Source: Iphione sp. A-MEVVRFRX5 (taxonomy: Eukaryota). From it: a stretch of DNA of 64,000 nt. Where the stretch lies: contig OZ320314.1 in the NCBI GenBank assembly GCA_976226885.1, positions 56,730,001 through 56,794,000 on the forward strand, given 5' to 3'. Position 1 is the first letter of the stretch, and each line of letters starts with the position of its first letter. This document shows positions 50,843 to 63,655 of this stretch, piece after piece. The notes beneath the pieces are model-generated. The model was not told the origin of the DNA and did not search any database. It saw nothing but the letters and a program-made list of their open reading frames with translations. The position numbers and the translations under genes are program-made.

Positions 50843-53800
50843 CTGAAAACAGAACGAGACATAGGTTTACATAGGCCTGTCTGAAGAACACCAGCGGTAC
50901 CTGTATTTGGTTATTCAATTATACTGGTCTGAACAGGTTACCAGCTGTGTATCTGCAATACAATATAGCTATGAATAGGTTATATAAGAGATTTCGTTAA
51001 ACCACAATAGGTACTTTTATTTAGGAACTACCAAAAACGTTCATTTGTTTTTCTTCAAACTATCGTGCCCTACAATAAAAAATACCATTTCTCTTTGTGG
51101 CCCTACCGAAACTCATATATTCTAATCTGAAATTACCTGATAATTATTATTCTCTGCTTTCTTTTGCACTTATATGACAGTAAGATCATAACAGTTTCCA
51201 CATCTTTACATACACACAGATATACATGAATAGGCGCGCGCATACACTAGAATTTCTTGAGAAGATATACTTTGAGGGTTCTTTGTAATAATCCATCCCC
51301 GGTCTGCATGAAGTTAAATTAGGTGCTGCTGTAGGGTTACACTAGTAGATGTTTGTATTCTAATACTACGCACTGCTATGCGTTTGCTGTGTGGCCCACC
51401 TTTGATACTTGATATTTATAATTTGGGATTTGCACCGGCATCCGCATGAAGGTATTCTGGCAATGCATTATGTGCATGGAATCTGAACTACTTCCATAAC
51501 AATGTGAGGGAAAGGGAAACCTGCTTTGGAAGTATGGGTCAACCTTTCCCGGTCGAAAGGATCCATATCATCTGTATACCTGTATATGGATCATGATATC
51601 TGGCTTTTTCCTGAGATATTTGATATAAGGTTCTGCTTGATTTGTTGACGTGGTCACCTAGCCGCCTTTAAAAAAACATTCATGAATTATTTTTTTCTTG
51701 GAAAACAGGCCACATGACCAAACATGATTTCGTCCGTTTTCTTGAAATCGTTTTAGTCGGAGAAGATAACCGACCACCTGTCATGTGCCTTTTGTAAATA
51801 AAAAAATTACCAGAACATTTTAGAATGGAATATTTCCTGCTTTGATTAAAGGTTTTGAAAGGTATGCATATCTTGCAACTGAGATGGTGACCAAAGTCAT
51901 CTCGATCAAAATTGGCTTATATGAGAACATGAGCAGCATAGCAATTTATGTAATGAATATGAATTGCATCAATATTATAAGCACTTTCATTTATGTACAA
52001 AACTCCTGGTAAAGGAAACCTTACCATATGATGATATAAATCATTATGATATAAATTGGGCTAAACTTGTCAGTAATTTATATGTAATTACCATGGTAAC
52101 ATCAACATTCTCCACTCATGCAGCAATGATGCACATAATGCAAAAAAAGGTGATCTAACATGTCACATCACAGCCATTTTCATATATCAAAACCCTCTTG
52201 AAATAAAAGCATAGTACAGTCGATTGTCTATTTGCGACCATGTTTATGGACCAAAACCTTAAATATGAGCATATGAACTCGGAATGCAATATTTGCCTCT
52301 GTTAACCTATGTAACAAAATACCATGATAACAAATAAAATACCATCCAAACTGGCCTGCAAACACATGACTTAGGGTCATATTCATAGTATTTCATTATC
52401 ACAAGGTAACCAGAGGTATGAGCATGAGCAAACCAGCCTACAACCACACGTCTTATAGTTATTTCTAATGGATTTGAGTATCACTTTACAGGCAGAGATG
52501 TGAGTACGACACTTCAGAATTCCTGCAATCGCACATCTTAGGGTCGTTTCTGTTGGATTTGAGTATTTTCCACCAATCAGCTTGCACTACTTCCAGACAT
52601 TGTCTGAATAAACAGTAAACATAAGTACTGTAATGGGTTCGTGCTACTGCTGGCAATTCGTCCATTAGTAGGCCAGAGGTGACAGTTTTCAGACTTTTAC
52701 TCTCAAATTCACTACTTTTAGGACTTTTTGTCATCAAATTCACTGCTTTCACATTCACTCGCCAAATTCGCCACTTTTCACTATCACCAAAACCAATAAT
52801 GCAATCACTTCAGCTCGGAATGGAAGGGTGGACGCAGACAAGCATTCGACTGTATATCGCTTCCTGAATATTTGTAAATGGATATTTCTCTCAAAATTAA
52901 TGTCTTTTATTTTCTCATTGGAATTTTGTGAGCTTACACCGATTTTATGTAATTTCAGAAGATAATTCATAATATTCTTTTGTGCATTATTGTCTTGCTG
53001 ACGGATGAAATAAAGTTGCACAGCTGTAGAGGGAGCAATAGGCCTAATTCGAAATGTTTACTATGGTGTAATGCAACAGTCATCAGCACAAAGTTAGCAA
53101 TACTAAATCATGTGTGATAGTCCTGTACACTGAAAAAAAATCCCATTTCTGTCGACCGGAAAATAATTTAGAGTCTTGCTGCCTTTTGTTCAGGATGCTA
53201 GCAGAAACTTTTATCATTCCGAGTTGACTGGTTTAATAATGTGACACCATAGGACCATACGAATACATGTATATTAATAACTCTATACGGTTATGCCTTA
53301 AAATTAAGTGGAAATAATCTTGATACTTTGAAAGTTAAGTTGAGATTTTAAAAAAAAGAAATCACCAGGAAAACGTCTGATGAGAGTTACGGATAAAATA
53401 CTGAGGAAATAGTAAATATTTCAAGTTCTGTCAAGGAACAACGCCGCTAATTGGCAAAACCTCTCTGGAAATCTATTTCTAGAGCAGAATCTCAACAGAA
53501 TTTCTCAGTTGGAGCATAAATCCGGTAGGAAATTAAATTCCACATAACACCTAAAAACCTGCTAATTCTGAAACTGACATAAGAAGCTTAATGACCAGTG
53601 TTTCCATGGTTACATGTTTAAATGCCATAGTTGGAACTGATTTGGTAGTGGTGAGGTATTGATCTTAGCGTCACTATTTCTAGTCACCATGTTATCATTT
53701 ATTCATATAAAATACTTGCAAAATATTCCGTCATGGGAATAAAACAATCAAGAATAGATAGAATATAAATGTAATTAAGAATAAAATTGACTATACACTT

Positions 53801-54181
53801 AGAAGATGGGAAACTATGAAAAGTCTACCAAATAATTATTTTGGTTCGCAAATCAAATCATGTAGGTCTTTGAGGGGGAAAAGGTATTCGTATTGATTTT
53901 TTCCTGCATGTAAAAGTAAACACGGAACTAAACATCCATTTGGCCTACATAGTAGCTCGACGGATAGACAAAATCCTACCGTGAATGATACTATACTGCT
54001 TCAGGTTTATACGTGCCTATAATTTTCATCTCTAACTACATGTAAATGTATATGTACAAACGGGGTACAAACACAAAAGCAATATTGGCACGGGATCGAC
54101 CAAAGATTGGCCCTAAGCTGTTCATGTAGGCCTACTATATTTTACTATATGTCGACATCGGTTGACACCTGCTTAGCCTAC

Positions 54182-54568
54182 CTGCTGCATTCGATAGTAA
54201 CGTGCCCACTTCCAAGGGTCTCTGTGAATGGCTGCGTAGTCATCATACACTTTTTCTTCATCAATGTCCGCCCGTTCCTGCTTGAGGTACATCGTCAGCG
54301 CGGCGACAATGCCGATCGCATAGAAAGCGAGCACAACGACGATGTAGAGAAGAGCATGCCTGTCTCCGCCGCCAGACGTCACCACTGCAGCGTCCACCGC
54401 TGCCATGGCAACTGTGACGTTAACTGTCACCTGTGGGTCGATCTTCTCGACTCCGACCACGGCGGCCGCTGCCATTCCCGTCCCTCCTGGTGCGGCCGAA
54501 TCGTTCAACCCGACGCCCGAGGCGTTCGCGATGGTCACATCCTCCCAGGGTGTTGTCAAAGAGCTCAT
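54182..54568 (-). CDS. Exon 1 of the same gene: glycosylated N-terminus plus KCNE-like TM segment (129 aa)
   Basis: ATG at 54568. Sequons at N15, N22 and N50. Hydrophobic ALLYIVVVLAFYAIGIVAALTMYL followed by KQERADIDEEKVYDDY. Ends MQQ|gtaggc in phase 0, matching the acceptor at 50843. The joined protein is ~1446 aa. Confidence 0.78.
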
Positions 54569-57500
54569 CTTCCCGTGTCCCCTAGCCGAGGTCTACGACA
54601 ACTTCAATGCAGTGAAATGGTATTGGCTGTTTGAGTTAGTGGGGAAGAGGTGTACAAGGTGAAAACAGCTATACGGGAGCCGTGCATGGGAGGCCGGCCT
54701 TGGGCACCGGGGCCAAAGGGCAATTGATCGTCATCTCTTGACCCCTACGCCGGCCGCAAAGAAAAGAGTCCATGGCCCCTACCAGCCACTCCCTGAAACA
54801 AAAGGGAAAAGAGGGCATTACAGACACTCAAGACTCACACCTGAATCAGACATCATGGTTTATAGCAGAAAGAACCTCAGCGATGCAAGTGGTGTGTGCG
54901 GGATTCAAATAAAGGAATATACATGCACATGTACGTCCGCGTGCATAAATTATCTACTAAAAGAGTTATACTACCGGGTTTCTATACTGTTTACGTTGAT
55001 ATTTCCTCCTGAAAATTTTGCCCGATTATACCTAAAATGACAGAATTAGAAGCTACGAGGGAGAGTGAGTTTTTAGGAGAGCATCGGGCATCAAACGTAA
55101 ATGCCCTTGAAGAGTGATCCCTGTACATGTACTTACATTAAATTTACATTATGTATATAACTAGCAGAGTTTCGGTTTCCTTTTGGTCTCTCCTAATCCG
55201 GAAGTAGCGAATAGACTGTTCACCTAACTCAGAGGCTGGATAGGCCTACATTAGAGATGTCACTCATATAGGTCATCTTGTGATTTGGTTGAGGCAATGT
55301 ACGATAATATTAAATGGACTCCGAACTGGGATACCCTTAAGTGCGATTGACGAGACATTATGACGCCCCCTAAAAAAGAAAAATGACTTCCCATGGACCA
55401 CCCAATAACGTAGGTCGGTACGATATTAGGCCTTAGACTGGCCGCCTTTGATGTACACTTCCCCAGAGGCAGAGGTTGGTATGAGAAAGGGAGCCGGTAG
55501 TGCAGTTCATCAAATCCCCACTCTTGTTGAGAGCAAGGCATGGCGCCTGATGCTTAATTACGTCATCAACGCCGAGTAGCTCTTCAGCGGCGGAAGGCGC
55601 GGGGCGCAGAGAAGGCCCTAAAGCTATTCGACCATAGGGCAAGAACCCCTGCGTTATAAACACAGTGAGCGAACTAGATGGCAGAGCCTCGGAAGCCCAT
55701 CGTAAACCAATGTTCTCTCTACAGCATCCTGTATTGCTCCCAACGTGTTGTCCAGTACTATCCTCATGTTTGATCTAAGCACCCAGTCGTGTGTTCCCCA
55801 CAGACGGTAGAATCATATCAGCCATGCACGCGATGGAAGATTTAATCGCCGACTCAGTCAGTCATAACGGAATGAAAGTACCGAGACGATCGAACTGACT
55901 GAGGAAGACTTTACTTGCCACCGGGAACCCCCGCCTCGGGCCGCGACACCTTTGTCTGTTACGGACTCTAAAAAAAAGACATCGACGAACTAGACCCATC
56001 TGCCAATAAAGCAATAAAAGCACCAAAGACAAGAGGTGTGTCAGCCATCGTCAAAAACAGCGGGTGCACGATTACAAAAGGCCGGTGACAAATACTGTAG
56101 TGCACAATCAAACGCACAATCACACATACACGCAGCGCAGGAGACACACACGCCGGCACGAAGCTATTAAGGCATCCATAGCTTTCATTACTTCGCAGTA
56201 TTGCTCTCACGCAACTGTCACCACGCTCCCGGAGCAAAACAAAAAGACCACCATCCCACGAATCAAGGAAGGAATTGTTTTGCCGAACTAAATCTCATTT
56301 TTATATGTTGTATATATTATATGTATTTTGCAATTCTTCTATTCTTTTACAATCTGCCTTGCGGATGATATGTCTGCGTCCTCCTTTCTCTGTGAGGTTA
56401 ACCCAAAAGAATAAGGAAATATTTCTGTAAAATCTGACTCTGTAATATGATTGCCTTGGAACTGTGATACCTTTCAGCTGTCTATGTTCCAAGAGCCTTC
56501 TGAATCTGAGTGGCGCTACTCTTCTGGCTGTAAATGAAGTACATGTACATAGTACCTATGTAAACGTGGGCCTTTTATAAAGAGTCTACAGTGATAAGAA
56601 TAAAACCCAATGTCCATTTAATAAGTCCATTTAATAAGGTGGCTTTATTTCTGATAATTTACAGTTTGCTCAACGTTTCGGTGTCTGTTTACCTTCTTCA
56701 GGAGCACTGCCTGTGTTGGCCTGTGTTTTATAAAGAGATTTTTTTTTATTCGTTTATTCAGCCTGATTTTAGTATACATAATGTACGTGGGTACAGGTCT
56801 CTGTCGTATTCTTGTTCAATTCAGGTTATATATATTCAAGGGAAAACTACACGTGAATATGTAGTATAAGGAAAAAGAGCACATAGACAGGCTACTATCA
56901 AGGAGCCCCGCTTTGGCACTTTTCATTTTACCTGTCAAGGAAGCTTGCCATATTAATGCACACTTCTTGTTGATCTTTATGTGGCCCCTTTTGGTAACAA
57001 CAGACCAACCCATCAGTAGCTGCAATGTCAATGCATACGCACATGTGCATCGGTGCGCTGCGCATCTTATCTTCCTATATACATATGTACATATATATAG
57101 TGATATTTTTATGGTAATTCAGCTGCATAGTACAGCAATTTCCTTCGATGAATGACGTTTTCGGTCTATGTTCCGAATTCATATAAGTTACAGAAATGAC
57201 ATCACTGCATGAAGAGCTACAGGTACATGTAAGTAATGATATATACAATCGCCCGTAATGAAAGAATGAGGTACATTGTAGAGTTTAGTTAAAATCACCG
57301 AAAAAGAAACCCTAAAGAGGGAAAGCCTCTATTTGTATAACTAAAATGTTTGTTACTAGTAAACAGTTAGTTCAGTAATTTATAGCTATCACCACATTGC
57401 TAAATGTCGTCCGCAGACATCCTGCCGTGGGCGGTCAGAAGGTATAATACACGTACAGGTATATCTGAAGCGTAGAAATGCACGGGGATATGATATACGT

Positions 57501-58722
57501 GCGCTGACACACGCGTTGAAGGCACAATGTATATGAAACGGTACAAGATTAGGAAATATTATTCATTAGGGAGACGTCGATGAACAAGTACATGAATAGC
57601 CTCTTCAAAAATATATTCTCCTCCGACTATAAGCGACTCTGACAGGGCCATCAAAATTTCTCTCTAGTGTTCTTCAGGAATCACTCACCCCATGCCTCAT
57701 TAGGCCATTTAATGACCGACGTAAAACTACATTTCATTCTTGTGTCAGTTGCGGACTTACTTTATCCATGTTTGTACTTTCTTCAACAGTCATGACTTAT
57801 GAATATCTGAAGATGTCCTTCAAGCAATATAAATATCAAAAACGCGATTGTCCGTACATCCGTGAGATACTATTGTTTATGTAACAGTACTACGTGTGAT
57901 ATACAAAAGGATATAGGTTTAGAAAGGTTTATGCTATGGGCCACAGCTGCTTTGTTTATCAGGATATATAAAGTTGCATAAACACGATTTAGTAATGATT
58001 GCAGATAATGTGGAGGGCTGGGAAAATTCACGATGCAGTGGTTTCTCTATATCACCATTGTCTGTTTCTCTCCCTCCCCCTACAGTTCCACGCCAAATCA
58101 CACACAGTCGCCACATTTATTCACATTCCTATCTACCACCCACTGGATGCCATACCTCCACAGTCCGAAGGTTTGATTGCTCTCCGTCCCAAAGGACCGT
58201 CACAGGGCATGTTATTAACACACCCATTCATTTAAATAAGATGGGTCCTGTCAGACAAAGCCTCGTCGTACTTTTGGTTTAGGTTGGTTACGTCGCTATT
58301 CATAAGCTCCAAACTGTATTAATTAACTTCAACAACGTGAGGCGAATTGTTGTGCGTGCATGTATTTCATCCGGAAGACTTGATTATTTTTGCTATTATT
58401 GTGAAAATAATCTTATTTTAATTATATCTCGAGTAAACCTCATAATTCTTGTTGAATGATGTATGGAAATACAACCATGAGAGCTGACTCGATAAAGACC
58501 CGGAAATCGAGGTATTCATCCTTTCAATATCCTTTCGATCATACAATTACATTTCACGTAGAAGCAGCACAGTCGTAACACACTTCCCAGAAAAGAGTCC
58601 TTATGACTTTTTCAGCTGCAACCCAAATTATATTCAAGCTACTGGCTTGGTGACCCAAACTCAGTTGAAATCTACGTGCAATGTGTTCAATGATAGTCGA
58701 CTTTAAAGCACGGCGGCCATTT

Positions 58723-58901
58723 TTTCTTCTTCTTTAGGCCTATATAAGCGACCGTGGATGTATTTCGCATACAGCACGGATATGGATGAGTGGGTTAGGC
58801 AATAAAGGTGGTGGTGGGAGAAATGTGTGGTCTCCAGGGAGACTCGAACCTGGGTCACTACAGTTGCCACCCAGCGATCTAACCCACTAAGCCACAGAGA
58901 C
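58723..58901 (-). mobile_element. tRNA-derived SINE
   Basis: The head at 58901-58828 reads GTCTCTGTGGCTTAGTGG (A box)...GGTTCGAGTC (B box)...GGAGACCA, with a pairable acceptor stem but a broken anticodon stem. A non-tRNA body follows and ends in a TAAAGAAGAAGAAAAAA tail. Confidence 0.7.
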
Positions 58902-58989
58902 TACACGAGGGTGAACCCTTCTGGGTGAATATGTCACATACATGCTCCCTCTGTCTCTGTCTCTGTCTGTCTCTCTCTGTCTCTGTCCC

Positions 58990-59630
58990 TCTGTCACCTG
59001 TAACCCTCTGTGTAGGTGTCATTTATCTGTTATGTGCCTACTGTAACCCTCTGTATGGGTGTCTGTTACCTTGTATGTGGGTACTGTAACCCTCTGTAGA
59101 GTTATGTGAACTGTTATGTACCTACTGTAAACTTCTGTAGCTGTATCTGGTTCCTGTTGTGTGTCTCCTGTAACTCTCTGTAGAGGTGTCTGTTACCTGT
59201 TGTGTGTCCCCTGTAGCCCTCTGTAGAGGTCTGTTACCTGTTGTGTGTTCCCTGTAACCCCCTGTAGAGGTGTCCGCTACATGTTGGTGTGCCCCCAGTA
59301 TCCCTCTGTAGAGGTGTCTGTCACATGTTGTGTGTCTCCTGTAACCCTCTGTAGAGGTGTCTGTTACCTGTTGTGTGTCCCCTGTAGCCCTCTGTAGAGG
59401 TCTGTTACCTGTTGTGTGTCCCCCAGTATCCCTCTGTAGAGGTGTCTGTTACATGTTGTGTGTCTCCTGTAACCATCTGTAGAGGTGTCTGTTACCTGTT
59501 GTGTGTCCACTGTAACCCTCTGTAGAGGTCTGTTACCTGTTATGTGTCCTCTGTAACCCCCTGTAGAGGTGTCTGTTACCTGTTGTGTGTCCCCTGTAAC
59601 CCTTTGTAGAGGTGTCTGTTACTTCTGTAC
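58990..59630. repeat. Minisatellite, ~38-40 bp unit, roughly 15 degenerate copies
   Basis: Consensus about CTGTAACCCTCTGTAGAGGTGTCTGTTACCTGTTGTGTGTCCC, head-to-tail. Confidence 0.92.
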
Positions 59631-59862
59631 TGCTAGGAGGGAGAGAGACAGATAGACAGACAGACAGAGAGACAGAGAGACACCCAAATAGAGAGACAGA
59701 AAGAGATAGAAGGCCGTGCTTTAACCCCTTAAGGACCACCCATAAGCTTATTGTACACAAATGGACGATAATATTGAAGGTAGGAGTTAAATGAATAATA
59801 TTTTATGCCTATATTTCATTTTTTACACAAAGCAAGGTCATGTGGGAAGCCATCTCTTGAAA

Positions 59863-61882
59863 ATAAACCTAGTAAAGGGAAAGACCCGCAAAGACCCTCT
59901 CCACCTGGATCCAGCAACAAGAGCGGAAGAACTTGCCACCCAATTCACCCAAAGGACCTGCTCTGACAACCTTCCCAGGGAACACAGAGTAACATTAGCA
60001 AGACTCGAGCCCCACAGGAAGAAAGTCATCCACCAAGCGATTTCCCACCCAAGCCCGGAAGAACTGGACAGTGCAATCACAATCCATGAGGAGAGGGCAA
60101 CCCTCAAAGGTGCCTTCTTTAAAGCTCCTGGCTCTGACCACATACCCAAAGCAGCCTTCGCCAAATTGAAACTGGAAAACCACGAAATAGTGTGGCAGAC
60201 ACTCAATGAGGTATTCCAAACTTCAACTGTCCCCCCTTCCTGGAAACTGGGAGACATCGTCCCCATTCCCAAAGCTGGAGGAGGACAATGCCCCATTACC
60301 TTGCTTCTAGCAATGGGGAAGATACTGGAAAAAATAGTACTTGGAAGGGTCAGACATGCCATGCAAAAAGCAGGTCATAAAACCCCAGAGCACATATACG
60401 GATTCACCCCAGGAAGATCCACTGCCCATTGTGCCACCACCCTGGTTAGCCAAATACTAGCAGCCAAGCACTAATGCATAGCAGTCTTCCTGGACCTCGA
60501 AAAAGCCACCAATCAATCCCCCCCAATGTAACCCCCTCTCGCCTTCTTCTCTCTTCAGGTCAGTCCAGCTACAGATGATACTGAGAACTGCCTGGCAACA
60601 ACAACATCATCTGGCTGGCAGGCCCCTCGCTAGTGACCAGTGAGTGGCCCAATCCAGATCATCACTAAGGTCCATCTCTGGACCCCTCTGAAAGTTCACC
60701 TCTTCTTTCATTCTATCACTCTACTGAGTTGGACCAAGTAGCACTCCCTACCCATGGCCCCTTAAGACTCACACCCACTGCTCCTCCCCTCTCTCCTCCT
60801 CCCGCTCTACTATGCTCCTCTCCTTTTAGTGACAGTGGCATGGAGCAATCCATGGCTCCACACTGTCCCGGCCCGTTACACTGACCAGGTGTCCACCGCA
60901 AACGACTACCTACACTTCCTCGGGAAGGGCATGGTCGGCTTGCAGCAGTGGTGCACATCCAGTGGGATGTGTGGCTCAGGGCTCTGACCCTTGCAGGCAC
61001 ACCTATACAGTCAGACGCAGTAGCGTGGGGCCCACCCCATGGCAGTACACTGCTTGGAAACGAGATCCTGAGGGGTGTCCACCACCAACGGCTGCCTACC
61101 CTTCCTCCGGAAAGAGCATGGCTGGCCTGCGGCTAAGGCACACATAATTGGGATGCACAGACCCTACCTTGTGTGGCTCGGGCTCAAGGCCCTTGCAGGC
61201 ACACCCCCTGGATCAGTCAGAAGTAGTGGCATGGGGCCTGCCCCATGGTGGATCACTGCTCGGTGTCCACTGCCAAAGGTTACCCACCTTTCCTCGGAAA
61301 GGCCATGGCTGGCCTGCGGCTACAGCGCACACAACAGGGGCATGGAGTCCCACTGTGTGTGGCTCAGGCTTCAGGCCCTGCAGTGCACCTATCAGTTAGG
61401 AACAGTGGCGTGGGATGCAAACCCTTGGCGGTACACTACCTGGCAAGATAGTAGTCTAGGTTTTCAAAGCCTCACAAGAGGTGACAACGCACATAAGTGG
61501 AGCATTAAGCTCCCACCTTGTGCAGCTTGGACTTGTCCCATGGTGCCGTACTACCACAACCAGGTCCATCCTTCCCCCCTACTGGTTGTCCCGCACTTGG
61601 ACTGGTTACTTCGGCAGCTGGTGCAGCTTGGTGTAACAACCACAGCAGCTCACCAGGTCAGGTGCAGACACTTGGGAGAACAACCCCATGATAGTGTTCT
61701 ACATGGCCTGCTAAACACCGTCCCCCAGACCCAGCAATCCTCACTGCTGCTCCATGGATCCAAATGGGAGAGTGACACAACTTACTACACATGGAGTCAG
61801 GAGAACCTCCAACTCAGAATTGGGCTGCCTAATCGGTGAAGCCCTGCAGTCCCCAATACTGCAAACCACAATGATCAATGAT
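59863..61882 (+). mobile_element. 5'-truncated, internally rearranged non-LTR retrotransposon insertion
   Basis: Flanked by a 12 bp direct repeat CATCTCTTGAAA (59851-59862 and 61883-61894). 3' tail is (CAATGAT)2. The RT N-terminal motifs KAPGSDHI, WKLGDIVPIPK, PITLL..MGKILEKIV, YGFTPGRST, then an in-frame stop and AVFLDLEKA, stop abruptly at ~60510. Confidence 0.85.
60920..61450. repeat. Degenerate ~170-190 bp tandem repeat, ~3 copies, inside the LINE insertion
   Basis: Recurring GCATGGCTGGCCTGCGGCTA, TGTGTGGCTC.GG and CCCTTGCAGGCACACC blocks. Confidence 0.75.
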
Positions 61883-63298
61883 CATCTCTTGAAACTTGAA
61901 ATTTGGTAAAATATGCTAGGTTGCCATGGAGAACCAGTCATATGACCTGTCAAGATAGCATAAATTAACTTTAGTTGCAAATATTTCCATATATATCTAT
62001 GAATATCTGTCTCATAAATTACTTTAGAATTCTAAATTATAGCAATATAAGTAAAATTTTTAATTGTGTGTTTGAGCATTTATCTTGTGAGTAAATCTGA
62101 AGTATTTTATGACTCTTTAGTTAAGAAAAGAATGAAAAGTTGATCAACAATTACCTACATTAGGATGAATGTCCAACGTATCAATATTATGTAATATTAC
62201 ATAATTAATACATATAACTAGAACATGACAATTCCTGTACACTGTTCCTTTCCTCCATAAATATTCCTAAGAATATCACAGTTTCTGTCATGAGAATTTT
62301 TTTCTAGCTGACATTTTTTCTTAAATTATAATTATATCCCTTTTAGCACTAACCCATGATGCATCAAATCTGCATCAATTATGCCATGGCTGATGCTGAT
62401 GCACTATTGGGGGTGATACATATCACATTCCAAGATATGTAAAATCGGTCCAATATTGTGCATCATAACCAATTAGGTACCAATTAGGTACCAAAACACT
62501 TGCTTTACATTTTTCTAATGGACATTTTCCTCTAAAAACAATATTTGACCCTGTTTTACTACATAATTTGGAAAATACTATAAATTTGTGAGAATTTTCT
62601 TGTGATATATGATCTCTTTAACCTTACATGGTTGCCATAGTAGTCCATAATTATGTAAACAAAGAAATACTATTTAAATAAAGTAGAAATCTCTGTGTTT
62701 ATAATGTATATGTATATATACATTATAAACATATATGATATGTTTGTATGAAGAACAAACTGAAGACCCCCAGCAGAAATCAATCTTTAGATACTCCTTT
62801 TATGTTGTAAAACCAAACTTTTTCTCGGTCTTTAAAGGGTTAAGTGAGATACATAAGCTCGTGCTGGCTGCACGGGATATATTGGCATGGTTTGGATTGT
62901 CACAATGAGCTGCGCCTCATGCTCTCATGCCAATATATAGAGTATAGCCACGCACTCATTATGTATCTATCACTATAATGAGTAATCTGTACATGGTAAC
63001 AATCCTGCAGGAACGTGTCACATACTTTGGCCACAGTTGATATTTTGTACATACTATCCTGTAACACAGTCCAGATAAGAGCTGATGGTGTATTGTTGGA
63101 AATTATGTTCTTAAAAGACTGTGTTGTATAGTGTAAAGAGAGAAGTACTTGAAGCAAAGCCTTAATATGAAGTACTATATGTCATGCAAACAAAATTTTT
63201 GTTCGAAAGTACTCATATCAGTACTGAAAGGAAATAGTCCTATAAAACAGTATAAAGCCATTGTGTTTTGTGTTGAGTCACTTTGTGAACAATGAAGA

Positions 63299-63655
63299 TG
63301 TTATCAGGGAGCTCTTATGAGGCCCTGTATGCCAGATGCTTGTGGCGTCATGATACCTAAGATTTAACGACCTATTGTGTAGTTGACATGTAATTAATGA
63401 CCATGTCCGGTCTACAAGGTTTGACTGTGTAGTCACTTTTGTAGAGTTGAGTATATAAGAGAGTTGAACTGACGCTCTTGTCAGACTCACCTTCCTGATG
63501 TCACTGAACTGCTGACTCACTGTACTATTCACTGAAGAAGAATAAAAGGCTGATATCGAACCTGACGCTGTGGTGTTGGCTTTGTGCTACAATCCCAAAC
63601 TATCTTGCGCTCATGTTGGCTGACTTTAGATGTGCAAAATTTGTGTTCTAACACC
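63299..63655 (+). mobile_element. Possible solo LTR
   Basis: Starts TGTTAT, has a TATA-like GTATATAAG (~63451) and AATAAA (63541), and could end TAACA. No matching TSD was found. Confidence 0.35.

Larger units (their letters stand above)
59725..62839. mobile_element. piggyBac-like non-autonomous element interrupted by a LINE
   Basis: TTAA|CCCCTTAAGGACC...GGTCTTTAAAGGG|TTAA shows a TTAA target and CCC...GGG termini. No transposase ORF seen. Confidence 0.72.

Noticed and set aside
46538-50846. Several plus-strand and off-frame ORFs over the large exon
   Set aside because: Expected by-products of a long GC-rich coding exon.
51600-53700. Probable old DNA-transposon fragments in the intron of the TM gene
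   Set aside because: The sequence looks repeat-like, but I could not pair termini or find TSDs, so no feature was called.
54107-54634. 175 aa plus-strand Cys/His/Arg-rich ORF
   Set aside because: Antisense shadow of the GC-rich TM exon, with no recognisable domain or splice context.
58828-58901. Functional tRNA gene
   Set aside because: The anticodon stem does not pair and the loop lacks the conserved U33. The downstream body and tail indicate a SINE.
61075-61839. 254 aa ORF as a host gene
   Set aside because: It lies inside the TSD-bounded LINE insertion and is largely built from tandem repeats.
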